DNA of 64,000 nucleotides from Basidiobolus meristosporus CBS 931.73 (GCA_002104905.1 MCFE01000022.1:171240-235239); one strand, 5' to 3'; counted from the first letter of the stretch, positions 25,074 through 39,068 are shown. The notes: generated from the letters alone by a model not told the origin. Numbers and translations are program-made.

Positions 25074-26025
25074 AGAAATTTCAAGCATTGGTTTGTGAGT
25101 CGCCAATTGTGTACAAACAAGCTGTAATAAAGAAATCCAGAGTATATGCAAATATTGTTTGGTAACCAATAGGAGGGCCACTCTATACAATCATAACAGC
25201 GAGACAAGAATAATCATATGATTTGAGATGAAGGTTTAACCTTCTTCGGAATGAAACATCCGAACCCCAAAATTGCCCATCGAAGGAGCGTGATTAACGC
25301 ATAAATAGAATGACAATGAACTCAAATGAAACAGGTATTGGACAAGTAACCATGCCACTGAAATGAGAATATCTATCAGAAGACGGCGAAGGCGAATCTA
25401 TCAACAAACAGAATGTGAGGAGTCACGCCATCTGAAAAATGTAGGGATAATCTCGCAATAGTTTTATTAGTGTCCACAAGCGCTCCAGCCTCATCAACTC
25501 CACCACGGTCAACGATTCAGAAGTCTTACAGCAATTAATCATTCTCAGACCAGCCAAATCTTCGACATTACAACACATCGAACCACAGTTTTAAACGAAC
25601 CCTAAGTCTGGCTTGGCTGGATAGTATTGATGCATCCTAAACCAGGATCACCAGACAGAGCTACATAAAGGATCTCTACCACAGTCCCATCTACAATGAT
25701 CCATTTCTACGTAAGGCAGTAGCTTGAGGAGGATACATGTAATATGACTTACTGATATGAGTTATTTGAAGGGTAGTAACCAGCACCGATGAAACCTATG
25801 TGTAGTATCATGTCAGCCAAGTATAGCTAAAACCTGCCCTGGTGAAATAGGAAATCGCCATTAATCAACCGGAATCCGCACTGGGAATTAGATATATAAT
25901 AAACTCGCCGCCGCTCGCCTGTGCTATCCGGAAGTTTTGGATTTGTTTAATGCCCTCCATCCGTTAATAAGTTGTTTTCCTTTGATTGAGCCCATTGTAC
26001 ATTATCTATCCGTCTGCGTATTCCC

Positions 26026-27228
26026 ATGGAGGCGACGATACCTGCATTGCGTAGAGAACAGATCGATCTGATTGCAACCATGAGCCTAAGCATCAGTACT
26101 ATTTCTCTTGCTTGCAGTCTCTTTGCCATCCTCATCTTACTGATACTCTGTCCCTGCTCCAGAGGAAACACGAATCAAGCCTCGATACGGCTCCTGACTT
26201 TTATCGCCTTTGCGGATGCTATGTATTCGGTCTTTCAAATCGTAAGCCATACCATGCCCTCTGAGAGTTTCCTATGCAGTCTCTCAGCCTGGGGACTGAT
26301 CTACTTCACCCTATCCTCGGTGTTCCTTCGACTCGCAGTCGTGATAAACATTCAGCTAGCTGTTGTGAAAAGCACAAAGAGCACCACCATTTCTGCGTTT
26401 CACTACCTTTTGGTTGCCATGGCTTTGCCTCTGCTGCTCTCTATCGTACCGATCAGCATCAGAATTTTTGGTCGAACCCCTCACAAGGATATTTGCTGGT
26501 TCAAAAATGATGGAGACAATACCAGCTTTCTGTGGCAATGGTTTTTCTACTATATGTGGGTGTTGTTGGGAGTCCTTTATTCCATCATATCCATACTACT
26601 CATTGTCCGTTACCTGCAAGAGCAACAATCGGAAATTCAGGGAGACATCGAGGCGGCAGTCCCAAGAAATCCTCTGGAGTACGATTCATTTCCTCAATAC
26701 CAGTCCAATGGACTTATCAAACAAGCCATCTATCGTACTTGCTGGTATCCCATCATTCCTATCATCTCGCAAAGTTTTGTTATGGTGAGTGCTCTGATCT
26801 TGACCACTAGAAAGGAGACTATATTCCCGGTCTATCTTATCTCAGTAATTGCCACTGCTTTGCAGGGCACTTTGACTGCCATTGTGTTTGCTAACGATCC
26901 CGCAGTCAACGAAGCTGCCTCCTACTTTCAAAAGTCCCTGGTGAAGAAATATTACTACGATTACCAGCAAGCACAACACCTTCCGCCCAAGATTCAAGGG
27001 AGGAAGGGATCGATTACCTCACTACTATCCAATGGGTCTTCCCCTGAAACCACAACCAGTTACTCCACTCATTCCCCTGGAATTGCCTCTGACAATGGTA
27101 TGCAAGTCGATCAAGGGATTACGATTGATTCGAATCCGAATAGCTCTTGGCTCTCTCACTTACTGTACAAAGTTGTTAGGAGAGCTCTGGTAAGGGTCGA
27201 GCTCGATGCCCACCCTCCTTCACATTGA
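26026..27228 (+). CDS. 7-TM GPCR-like protein (cAMP-receptor/Git3-like)
   Basis: About seven hydrophobic segments; RLLTFIAFAD, CSLSAW, CWF, W..FYY.W and YP.I...SQ motifs typical of fungal cAR-like receptors. Confidence 0.75.
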   Translation: MEATIPALRREQIDLIATMSLSISTISLACSLFAILILLILCPCSRGNTNQASIRLLTFIAFADAMYSVFQIVSHTMPSESFLCSLSAWGLIYFTLSSVFLRLAVVINIQLAVVKSTKSTTISAFHYLLVAMALPLLLSIVPISIRIFGRTPHKDICWFKNDGDNTSFLWQWFFYYMWVLLGVLYSIISILLIVRYLQEQQSEIQGDIEAAVPRNPLEYDSFPQYQSNGLIKQAIYRTCWYPIIPIISQSFVMVSALILTTRKETIFPVYLISVIATALQGTLTAIVFANDPAVNEAASYFQKSLVKKYYYDYQQAQHLPPKIQGRKGSITSLLSNGSSPETTTSYSTHSPGIASDNGMQVDQGITIDSNPNSSWLSHLLYKVVRRALVRVELDAHPPSH

Positions 27229-27528
27229 AAATGTCGCTTGACACCTTGAAGTAAATGTGCATGTATATAAGTAGCCACCCTCTGTATTTACTGCCATGTT
27301 CTGGGTGCCTGGTTTCAGTTGGACTCAGGTGTCCAGAATAAAAACTGCTTCCTTCGCTTTTTGATTTTAATACATAATAACCAGCTGTTGGATCAAGGAC
27401 CATGGCTTATTTTCCAACCCGTCGATTCTTTCTTCGAATGTATGATTATGAAAGATAGAAGCAAAAATTTATAAACATAGAATCAGAGCTGTCAATTTGC
27501 TCTCTCATACGTGTGCATAACTACAGAC

Positions 27529-30133
27529 TTACATAGATTCTGAATAAAAGTTCAAGAATTGATTCCTCAAATGAGTACGCTTATGGCCCTTTCTGTTTAA
27601 GAGCTCTTGGATGACATCACTATTGTCTCCATCTAGTAGGATTTGGTCTTCAGCTGCAGTCCAGCAAATGTCACTACATTCTAATACGTTGTTAATAATG
27701 GCTCTGATTTCTCTCTTTCCCTCAAGACATACCTTTTTCTCCGTGAAGCAGGATTTGATGAGCATCCGCGAAGTTACCAGAAGTGGACTTGATGGCTTTG
27801 ATAGCTGCCTCGGGTGTAGAGTTCGTGGCTGCACAGAGTCCTTTGATCATCCTCAAGTATAGTGTCCTATATGTGTGGAAAGCATCACCTTGATCATCAC
27901 CTAGAGAGTAGTCATAATAGCATAAGTTTCCATGTTAATCCTGCGCATCAGAGCCGATAATACCTTGCTCATGATCATCATGTATAGCTGTAGTCATAGG
28001 AATGTTGTCTGTAACAGTATTATCTGCTGTGTTTGGCTTACGAGGTATTATGGGAGGCTTGCCGACGGCTTTGGTCACCGTAGCCTTTGAATCTTGGTGA
28101 TTGGAAAGTGCAGGTGTATTGCTTCTGGCTCTGGCAACTCTTCCCGAGCTCTTTTGTTTATGAGAGACAGGAGTCTGACTTCTATTCCTAGTGATTGGCG
28201 TCGAGGAAGCCCTTATTTGCTGACGCACCGGCTCAAGTTTTTCACCAAAGGAAGCATGATCAGCAGTTGAATCATTTGACGCTTCAAGATTCTCGGAACT
28301 AGGATTGGTTACATTTACAATTGATGGGTCTAGCTCATTGACATGATCTTCGGTCTGTATATTTGTCTCAGCATTGCGAGAATCCGGGTCTTGTTCGGCT
28401 TGCTCCAGCTGAGTAAGTCTATCCGCAGCACCATCATCAACCCCCTCCTCCTCATCGTCGTTGCCATTATCGTCTACTTGGGACTCAAAAGATTCCGCTA
28501 GTGCTTCACTTTGAGCTTGAGAGAGATCTTCCATTGACTCATCTAGAGTGTCGTTAAACTTCTGAGTAAGGGGCTGAATCTCTTGTGACTCCACATCACC
28601 ATCTTCCTCGATCGACGCCATATCCGCATCATCCTCTTCAATTTGAAGTTCTATTTCCATCCCACGCATCTCGTCATGGTCTTTTATGTTTGACTTTTCC
28701 ATCGCACCACCACTGGGTTCACTAAAAATTGCTAAGATTGAGGGGAATGCAATTATTCAAATTGTATGAAAATGAAACCTACCGTATTTTTGAAGAGCTT
28801 AGAGATTGTGATTCCAATTCACTTTCGTGATACTCAGATTCCTGAGTTAGCAATTGGTTCTCCGAAACCATTTGCGACTCTGGCTCATCACTGATTTCTT
28901 CTTGTGTTTGTTGAGTGATCTCTTCGTAAGATTCAAACGCTGGAATTGACTCTTCTTGTGAGGATCTAAAGTCGATGTCTTCCTTTTCGCTTGTTACATT
29001 CGACAAATTTATTTCGTCGACCATGTCGGTATCAGCTTGAGTGTGCTCGGTCACCTCCTCATATAAGATTGATTGGTCTACGTCTTCCTCGTCAGAATCT
29101 TCGATGACATAACTCTCTATCATCGAGACTCGTACTGTAGGAGTACCCTGTACCTCAAGAGGCTCGCTACGACCTTTCGCGTCAGAGTCGTTAGCAGGCT
29201 CAGATTTGATTTTTATAGAAATTTCGTCATCCACTTCTTCATCAGAAGCCTCCTGCTCCCCTACGCCTATCTGCTCTTCACCTTCACCTTCCTCCATCTC
29301 TTCCTCACCCTCCTCGTTCACGTCTTGATAATCTTGAGCCTGAGTTAACGGTTGGTTGCTATCAGAATCAGAGTCAGATTCAGGCTGGGATATTCTGCGT
29401 TTTTTGAATGCTGTCGCGTCAGAAGCACCATTACTTGCAGAAGGACCCAAAGATTTTCTTTGGTTCGGTGCTAAAAATTTGATGTATCTATCTCTCCAAG
29501 ACTGCCAGGTATGTCTTCGATTCTACCGTAGGTGGATTTGCATTAATTTTCTCATGCTTGATGATAGTGGATAACAACTACGTATGTAAAATACCTTTGC
29601 CTCCAACTCCTTGTATATCTTGTTTCCATGAGCAGAATCGGGGTTTTTAGATACCAAATCTAAGAGCACACGATCATCGCTGGAGGTGAAAGTAGTACGA
29701 CTAAAGAGGCGGATTGATTAAGACTTAGCTAACACCCGATTTGTACGAACTTCTATTTCCATACCCTTTTTTGAGAGCCTTTGGCTTTCTAGGCGTTTGT
29801 TTGATCGCATACTTCAAATTTTCTTGAAGCTTCCCGCTTTTCACTGAATCGTAAATGAAATTTTTGGAGAATATCTGACTTCCAGTGTCATTGTGGAAGG
29901 TCTTCTCCCATAAAACCACATCGGCTGCCTTTTCGTCTCTAACGACTTTACCGCCATGTTTCTAAAAATCGAGTTTAGTTTTTTGACGCGTAAAAAAGTG
30001 GAGTTGCCGCGTGTATAAGGATTCACCCTACCGTGATCAACTCGACCAGTTCGCCTTTCTTGACCCCTGCTGGTACATAAAAAGACATGGGCTTTCCATT
30101 TTTCTGAAATATATTCTTGACTTGCTTCGTCAT
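27529..30133 (-). CDS. RAP1: Telomere protein Rap1 (TERF2IP-like): BRCT, single Myb, acidic linker, RCT; multi-exon
   Basis: Manually spliced. BRCT: IFQKNGKPMSFYVPAGVKKGELVELIT-KHGGKVV...FIYDSVKSGKL. Myb: RTTFTSSDDRVLL...GNKIYKELEAK-NRRHTWQSWRDRYIKFL. C-terminal WTAAEDQILL...LLNRKGHKRTHLRNQFL. Confidence 0.87.
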
Positions 30134-31004
30134 AACGGTTTACGGCGTTTTCTGGCAAATTGTCTTCGGTGTATTGCTTGACAAGTGGTGAAATTTACAG
30201 TAACACGCCTGATGTTTGTTGCGACATTTGCTTCAACCAATAACAATGACCTCTACTCCGAATGGGAGTATTTATTTTGTTTTCCATCAGCTATTATTAT
30301 TGACCCAATTCCTGGAACACATATGACAAATGCTGTGTGTATATGCACGGGAGCTGCACCCACGATTACAACCCGCAGTATTGATATGGAATCCTATATT
30401 CCACATCATTCTGCTATCTAATTAATCAAGAATTAATTCCCTTCCCAGTCGGCTTAACCTTTTTGGTTAATCCAGTCGAAACATAAGGAGGTCATCAATA
30501 AGACTACCCAATCGAGCAGCAAGCGCATATTTGGTCTACATCATGTAATGGCTTGATTGGCTAATGCTCAAGATGTACTCCTCAATAAATTAGCATTTCA
30601 CGAGTCATTAAGCTAGGAGTACTAGCTGTCCTTTAACAGAAATTCCGATCGTAAATCATTGAATAGTATTGTTCCGTAAACTGGATAGTTGATCCAACAT
30701 AATTAATTGGAAAGGACAGCAAGTGAGAAGCCCGAATTTAGAAATCTACTATTAGCAAACCCATGAATGTAGACTTGCTCCATTATGCTTGTACGACTCT
30801 ATTACATGAGTGATGATGGGTGCAACCCCTAAGTTCCGACTATTGTCACGATTATATCCATTCCATTCTTTGTAAATTAGTTTCTGCCTTTTCTCCGATT
30901 CTGCGGCTTTGTCAAAACATAACTACCCTCAGTACCCTTTAACCTTGTTAATCTACAAAGTCGTTTTATCTTCTCTTTATTCTTCTACGAACTAAAGCTT
31001 CACT

Positions 31005-31754
<750 letters not shown>

Positions 31755-32529
31755 CTTCAAAATATCGCAACCAACCCTTTTGTACTCGTACTCCTATTAC
31801 ACTTCCATTGAAATCCGATATACCAGCAGTTCTTCAGATATGTCAATATGATATATTCAGGCACTCATTATTACGTAGAGTTTTATTTATTCCAGAATAT
31901 ACAGTATTTCCCCTAAGCTATAATATGTAACACGCTCGATTGCTACGGCGCCATCATCGATACATCAACTTTACATAGTAGTTTATATCAATTCTAATAA
32001 ACTAATCACCTATTTAGCAATCTATACAGCCAGCCAGCCCCGATAAGTGGGCCGAAGTAGCCGTGCATTTGAGCATGCCTTGACTCTACTGTAAAGGCAA
32101 TTGATCCAAAATGCTTTATCAGTTGTTCTTACTGAATGCTCACTTTTTAGTCCTCATGACTAGTGAACTCCAATCCACCAATAATCTGGAATTTACATGT
32201 CGCCATCATTGCTGATCATTGCGAGTTGATTTGTGTGTTTGTGCGCTAGATTTCCCCCAGTTTTAGTTGAATTTCGGCTATTTATTTTGTATGTTTTACC
32301 TATTTCTACGCTTGTGATAGGTTTGAACGCTACATCTGAGATCTGTTGAGCACGACATGTTTAGTAATACTGGACTGTACTTACCTCAGACCCATTAATA
32401 AGCACGCTATCTGGTGGAATATATAGTGCCGTGGAGCACCCGTGGTTCCATTCTGCGCTTGTATTTATCTTCGATTTAATTTTTTTCTTTCCACATTACC
32501 ATCTTCGCTTTGAGCGTACTGCATCGCCA

Positions 32530-34104
32530 ATGTTTTCTCGTTCTGTCATAAGAAATATTGCTGGGTCGTTTCGTACACCCTATCACAGCAAGGGTCCTGC
32601 TTCTATTAGCAAGATCCTCTCCACGGCCGCGTTCCACAGCTACACTCCCTCTCAAATTCGCCAATCCACCGTTACCCATAGCGGAAAACCCGAGCTCGAA
32701 ATGCCCCATTTCCCTTGCTTGGAGCGCTTGGAGAACCGTACTCGCTCTTTGCTTGACATGGGGCCGGAGCCAGCGTATCAAAACGTAATAACTGGCTACA
32801 AAACTTACCACCATTCTCGCCCCTTTTTATGTGATCATGGAGGAGTGTTGCGTGAATATGATCTTGCTTATGAGACGTGGGGGACGTTAAACGAGAAGAA
32901 AGACAATGTTATTCTATTACATACTGGTCTCTCTGCTAGTAGCCATGCGAAAAGTCATGCAGAGAATCCCAATCCAGGCTGGTGGGAAAAATTCATTGGT
33001 AACTTTCGGTTGTTTAAGACTAGCATTGTTCAACAGCGAAGCTAACACGTATTTCCAGGCCCGGGTTTGGCTATTGATACGAACCATTTCTTTGTCATTT
33101 GTACCAACGTCATAGGGGGCTGTTATGGCTCCAGCGGACCAAGCTCCATCGACCCGAATACCAACGAGCGCTACGCTACTCGGTTTCCTATTCTCACCAT
33201 CTTCGATATGATTCGCGCGCAATTCCATTTGTTGGATCACCTTGGTATCGATAAGCTCTATGCTAGTGTTGGAGCTAGTATGGGTGGGATGCAATCTATC
33301 GCCGCAGCTTCGCTCTTTCCCGAACGCGTCTCACGCGTTATTAGCATCTCTGGATGTGCAAGATCGCACCCCTACTCGATTGCTTTGAGACACACTCAGC
33401 GACAAGTCCTTATGTCCGATCCTAGCTGGAACCGTGGATTTTATTATGATGGGATCCCACCCCATATCGGTATGAAACTGGCTAGACAAATTGCAACGAT
33501 CACCTACAGATCTGGTCCGGAATGGGAGCAAAGATTCGCACGCAAAAGATTCCAAGAGGATCAAATTCCCTCATTATGCCCAGACTTCTTGATCGAAACG
33601 TACCTGGACCACCAGGGGGAAAAGTTCTGCCTGCAGTATGATGCCAATTCGCTACTGTACATCTCCAAGGCCATGGATATGTTCGACATGTCGGCTTCGG
33701 CGGTAAGAAAACTGCAAGAGAAGCGTGAGGCCAATGCAGCAAATATGAAATCGATATTGGCTGATAATGAGATGGTGGACGGTGCTGGGTTTTGCCTTAC
33801 AAGTGCACGCACAGCAGAAGATTCGGACTTTGAGAATGAGGATGTCAACCTTGATGTGGAGAAGGCCGATCTCATTAGAGGTATGAGCAGGATCAACATG
33901 CCAATCTTGGTTCTTGGTGTTCAGTCCGACATTCTATTCCCATCATGGCAGCAAAAGGAAATTGCTGACAGTATTCGAGCCGGCGGTAACAAATCCGTAA
34001 CTTATTACGAGTTGGATTCCCTCTATGGCCATGATACATTCTTGATCGACAGGGTGGGTGTAGGTGCTGCTGTCAAAGGCCATTTGGAGAACAGCGTAGT
34101 TTAA
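32530..34104 (+). CDS. cys2: MetX-family acyltransferase of the Cys2/CysA (serine O-succinyltransferase) type, probably mitochondrial; one intron at about 33000-33059
   Basis: Arg/Ser-rich presequence, [19 protein letters not shown] nucleophile elbow, [11 protein letters not shown] and [21 protein letters not shown] distinguish the Cys2 type from Met2. Confidence 0.8.
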
Positions 34105-34401
34105 CGGGACTTTCTAAATAATCATACTCACTTGCTCTTTAACTTGTAAATAACATTCAACTAGCATTTCTTACATACCATCAATAAACCAGATCCCTTA
34201 TCTAATTCCTCACGCAATTCCCAAGACATGTGCCAGGTATTTGGATTTGGAAACACATGTAGTACGAGGGGTTGAATCGATTTATTATTGTAGCATTAGC
34301 TCAATAAAGTCATGTCTAAAGGATTTAACAGAAGCGGTGATAATTTGTTTACATATATATGGATTATGAGACTCTGGATGGATTCTACGTAAATGAAGAT
34401 A

Positions 34402-35013
34402 TTAATTGGCCTGACTCAAGCGAGTGTGCTCCTCAATATCAAGCGCATCCCAAGGGTAAACGATCCACTTATCCTCAACATTTTCAGCGGCAAAGTAGGA
34501 GTCCTTCATGATGTACTCGGGGAGATCACGCTTCTTGGGCTTCAACTTGTTGTGGATCACAAAAATTCCGATCTTGGTTTCTTTGTCACTAAGCTCAGGG
34601 TGCTCCTTCTTTTGCTCCTCGATATCCTTCATCAACTCTCTGACAGCAAAGCTCAATGTTTGACGGGTGTCGTCTACCTCGTCAACAATAAGGATACGGC
34701 GGCCTACAAGGATAGGGCTAGCAGCACCTTGGAAGTCCAACCATTGGGTTTTTTGAACTTGAGGCTCGTTGTCTTCGCCAGCGGCAGTAAGCTCCTCAAT
34801 CTCTTCATAAAGAGAGAGACCGATGGCCTGAATGTGGATGTTCTTCTTGTTGGGCTTCTTCAAGAAAGTACGCAAAATACGGGCAGGGATGAAGCCGCCA
34901 CCACCAATGGCCACAAGAAGCTCAGGGTCAAACTCCAAAATCTGGGGAACAGTCTCCTTGATGGAAGTATGGATTTGGTTGTAGCTAATGTGTGTCTTGA
35001 CTGGAGCGGACAT
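34402..35013 (-). CDS. Xanthine/hypoxanthine phosphoribosyltransferase (yeast Xpt1/Hpt1 type)
   Basis: VAIGGGGFIPARILRTFLK, PRPP-binding ILIVDEVDDTRQTL, WIVYPWD. Confidence 0.9.
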   Translation of the reverse strand: MSAPVKTHISYNQIHTSIKETVPQILEFDPELLVAIGGGGFIPARILRTFLKKPNKKNIHIQAIGLSLYEEIEELTAAGEDNEPQVQKTQWLDFQGAASPILVGRRILIVDEVDDTRQTLSFAVRELMKDIEEQKKEHPELSDKETKIGIFVIHNKLKPKKRDLPEYIMKDSYFAAENVEDKWIVYPWDALDIEEHTRLSQAN

Positions 35014-35649
35014 GCTGGCGAACGGCTAAGGAACTACGTCGAGGTGGAAAGCAGTTGGATGAAAAAGCTTGGGCCAAATATCTCAAAATATGTGCATGGA
35101 AAAAAAAGATTTTTCACGTTTCGCGACCAACCATTATTGAAGTTTCTGGGAGCGAATTTAAATACCCCATTTGACAAGGAAATTATCCTGGTGCTCAAAT
35201 TGCCATAGCATATAGCGCAGAATCCCATCCACGCAGGTCCTCGGCTCAATTTTCAATGCGTCAATCCTATGGATAAATGCAGCATCAGAGCTTGTTTGAT
35301 TATCGCAATTATGCGAAGTCACAGATGTAAGTCACTAGTGCTATTTTGTTAAAGCTCCTCACCGAATACACCCGATCACATCTTGATCTGACAGTACACT
35401 CTTGAGGTGTCCGGTGTTCGGACCTACTTGATAATGCTAAAAGTCATTAAGATTTAATACTTAGATTTATCCCAGTTTTATACAATTTGTATTTTTGGGT
35501 GGCCAGCCAAATTTGTCCTACATTTCTGAGCAGACAATTAATTAATCAATAATACTCATTGGGATTATCCATTCACTATTCGTAATTTGCTCACACCCAC
35601 CCTCAAGAGGCTAGTTTTTGTTCAGAGAGGGGAAGTAACTTGAGTTAAG

Positions 35650-36931
35650 ATGCAAGCGAGACTCTTCAACTATTCTTCAGGAATTCTACGAGGCATAACC
35701 CGTGGTTATTTAAACAAACCACTTCCTCCTTCAGCACCCCTAAACCAATATAGAAGACTATTCCACCTCCTTCCTCAACATAGGTCTCCTGTCAACCCCA
35801 TCTTTCGAGCCAATACATTTAGTAAAGCCTGGTTTACCAACGGGGGCAAAAAGTATAACGAAAAGGTCGGCCACTTGAAGCCTGAAGAGCGGGACCAGGC
35901 CGAATTTATCACAGATGGGGAAGGTGGTCAGGTAGCAATGGGTATGTCAACCAATAGGGATTTTCGAGACCTTTATTCACTCCCCATATATTTTAGGCTA
36001 CCTTGACTTCGACACTTACAACGGAAATCCCAGGTTCTTTTTACCGGTGCCGACTCCCAACTCCAAGCAACCCGAAGCTTGCATCTATGCTGCTGGATTT
36101 CACTTTGCCTGTATCAACCATCAGCCAACAAATCAAAGAGGAGTACCCAGAGATTGAGAAGGTCTCCATTCACGAAGCTCTGCATGGCTTGAAGATTGGT
36201 GATGACTGGACGAAAAGCTTTCAAGTGGATGACCTGATTCGAACAGCAACCCGTGGAGATGCCAAAGGGTTTCTCGTCTTGGTGGATAACGAAAAAATCT
36301 TCGTTAAAATTCCAACCTTTGACGGTAAGGGCTTCTGGGCACCGCTCTTTGAACAGTTTTCTGAAATAGGAAATGTTGCACTTTTTGTAGAACGAGCGGC
36401 AGGTTTAGTCAGACACCATAACTATCTGCTCTCTAGAATCGACCCCATGTCAACCCTTAAAAAGACCTTGGACAAACAGGCTCAAACAGCTTCGTTGGTG
36501 TTGGCTACTGGAAGCTTTACTGGTTTGGTCGCTTATGTCGCAGTCATGGTAACTCAAGAACGGAATCTCTGTCCATCCAAATGCAATAACACGCTTTATA
36601 GGCACGTTTAACCTGGTGGGATTACGGATGGGATGGTAAGGCAGTTTTTTCATGGGTTCCTAGTGGCACGCGAATCTAAAGTACCTTCTCTACAGTCATG
36701 GAGCCAGTTGCATACTTCACTAGTATCGGAATGGGTATTGTTGGGTACTTGTACTTCCTAATCACAAAGCGAGAGTACACGTATGAGGCATTGGCACATT
36801 ATGCAGTATCCCAGAGACAGATGAGGTTGTACATCAAACACGGGCTGGACATCAATCAGTACCAGTCGCTGGTAAGTGAGGCCAAAGAGTTGGAGCGTCG
36901 GATCGAGGATGTCCGTGACGATTACGATTGA
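35650..36931 (+). CDS. MCU: Mitochondrial calcium uniporter pore subunit, multi-exon
   Basis: Mitochondrial presequence; splicing restores the selectivity filter WDYGWD-VMEPVAYF between two TM helices, followed by KREYTYEAL and a coiled coil. Confidence 0.88.
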
Positions 36932-37427
36932 GGAGCCTTAAGAGTCTTAGATTACGATCAACTAATATCCATAACAAGAGATGATTAATAAAATCCAAGC
37001 CTGATGTTAGCAAATGGTTGGAGTTTCCCCTAGCGTTGCTAGCAAAATTGGTCGGTTTGAGGAGGCTTGCCATTTGAGGGATCGTAGGTCTCACATCAGA
37101 AGCCAACCTACGAGACACCGGTCTATGGAAACGTAGGAAAATCTACTGGCTGCTCTAGCCTTGAACACGCAGTCTATATACCTGTTCATTTAACATCAAT
37201 TAATCTTGCTCAATTCACAAGGTTTCTTATGCCGGGATGGCCTTGAAATACCTGATACTTTTAATATATTGTTTTTCAGGGGCTCTGGCCAGAAAGCACT
37301 GCTTTACTCCATGAAACTTATCAGCTCGTTCAAGCGGAAGTAGATGGCTGATCACAAGTATAAATATGGATGTTCGACGCAAGCATCGACAAGCCTTCCC
37401 TGCTATAGTCATCTAATAACTGAAGGA

Positions 37428-38252
37428 ATGTCAGAAATTGAAGCTGGGCAGCACACTGAGCACGACAGTCTTCTGGGCAACCGGTCACAAGCACTCAACA
37501 AATGGGACCATTTCAAATCAGAGCACAAGCCAGCTTTGGCGGAGTTTCTTGGCACATTCGTCCTAGTTCTTTTTGGATTAGGGGTTAACGCACAGAACAC
37601 ATTCAATTCGGGTGCTTCAGAAAGTGCTTACTTGAGCAATAACATTGGCTGGGGGTTAGGCCTGGCTGCTGGTATCTATGTGTCAGGTGGGGTCTCTGGC
37701 GGACATCTTAATCCTGCAGTGACGGTCGCCATGGCCTATCTACGCAAATTTTCCTGGAATCGAGTGTTGAGTTACATCGTGGCGCAATTTTTCGGTGCGT
37801 TTCTAGCTGCCGTGGTTGTTTACCATGTTTACAGCCCTGCGTTTGCTGAGTTGGATGAGAACAAGGCTTCGCTAGCATTTGCTGGGATATTTGCTACCTA
37901 TCCTCAACCATTTAATACTATTGGCTCAGCATTCTTTGCCGAATTTGTTGGCACTGCTGCACTAACTTTAGGGATTTTTGCTATCACTGATGAGCGTAAC
38001 AACCAGGGTAAAGGCTATGTTGCCCTGGCTATTGGATTGCATTTGACAGCAGTTGGGATCAGCTTGGGATGGATGACCGGATACGCATTGAACCCTGCCC
38101 GTGATTTTGCTCCCCGCCTGTTCACCGCGTTATACGGTTGGGGGTGGCAAGTTTTCTACGCTCATAGCTACTATTTCTGGGTCCCTGTAGTCGCACCCTA
38201 TGTAGGTGGTGTTGCAGGTGGTGTCCTGTACAATTTGTTTATCCTTTCATAA
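37428..38252 (+). CDS. Aquaglyceroporin (MIP family, GlpF-like)
   Basis: SGGHLNPAVT and GYALNPARDFAPRLF (two NPA boxes; the D after NPAR is the glyceroporin signature); FATYP. Confidence 0.95.
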   Translation: MSEIEAGQHTEHDSLLGNRSQALNKWDHFKSEHKPALAEFLGTFVLVLFGLGVNAQNTFNSGASESAYLSNNIGWGLGLAAGIYVSGGVSGGHLNPAVTVAMAYLRKFSWNRVLSYIVAQFFGAFLAAVVVYHVYSPAFAELDENKASLAFAGIFATYPQPFNTIGSAFFAEFVGTAALTLGIFAITDERNNQGKGYVALAIGLHLTAVGISLGWMTGYALNPARDFAPRLFTALYGWGWQVFYAHSYYFWVPVVAPYVGGVAGGVLYNLFILS

Positions 38253-38435
38253 CCGTAATCACATTCGAATCTATACAACAGTAAATAAATCACAGGTTCT
38301 GGATGTATGTAGTCTACAAGCCGTGCGAGTAATCCCTGTGTGATACTGAAAAGAGATACCTGAAGCACTCCCATATTCTGATGAGAGCTACTCCGGGCTA
38401 TAAGAAGTCGAACACACCGCAGACAATATGCAACC

Positions 38436-39068
38436 ATGAATCTATCACTTCGCCTACTAACCTTCGCCATCGCCTTGCAAGTGAGCTTCGTGCTCACAGC
38501 TGCGCAGTCAAGCTCTGAGTATCGCCCGGTCCATGTCACCCATAGTGTGGAGTATGATTCACCTATTGATGATATATGGGTGTTTTTCGCTCGCTTTGAT
38601 TCTATCTCGAAATGGGACACAAATTTTATCAGCTCATGTCTCGTTGAAGCGCCATTTTCCGAGTCGTTTAAGAGCTCAACCGGCGAGTGCTTGATCCGCT
38701 ACAACCGGAACACTCCAGTTGGCAGCATCCGTGATCTGTCTGTGAAGGACAAACACGTATATGAGCAACTTTTGGTCTCGGACGCGGGTGAACATAGAAT
38801 CTCCTATCAACAGTTTAGATATCCCGAATCCCGGATCAGCCTTAGCCCACTCCCTGCAAGGTTCATTCACGAATACACGAATGTAAATTTGTATGCAAAA
38901 GCCCTGAATCGCACCAAAGTAATCTGGTCAGCATCCCTGCGCTCAGAAAAGCCTGCAGATTTGTATGATGCATACAAGAGTGTATATACTCGCGCAGGAG
39001 AGGGGATCAGAAAGACAGTTCAGATGCTCAAGGAAAGAAATATCCGCCCTATAGATTACTTGCAATAA
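38436..39068 (+). CDS. Secreted SRPBCC/START-fold (polyketide cyclase/dehydrase-like) protein, copy 1
   Basis: Signal peptide followed by SVEYDSPIDDIWVFF..FD.I.KW...GSIRDL...YEQL...RISY...TKVIWSA, the typical SRPBCC pattern. Confidence 0.7.
   Translation: MNLSLRLLTFAIALQVSFVLTAAQSSSEYRPVHVTHSVEYDSPIDDIWVFFARFDSISKWDTNFISSCLVEAPFSESFKSSTGECLIRYNRNTPVGSIRDLSVKDKHVYEQLLVSDAGEHRISYQQFRYPESRISLSPLPARFIHEYTNVNLYAKALNRTKVIWSASLRSEKPADLYDAYKSVYTRAGEGIRKTVQMLKERNIRPIDYLQ

Noticed and set aside
34393-35208. 271-aa plus-strand ORF overlapping the PRTase
   Set aside because: Antisense shadow of a codon-biased gene with no recognisable motifs.
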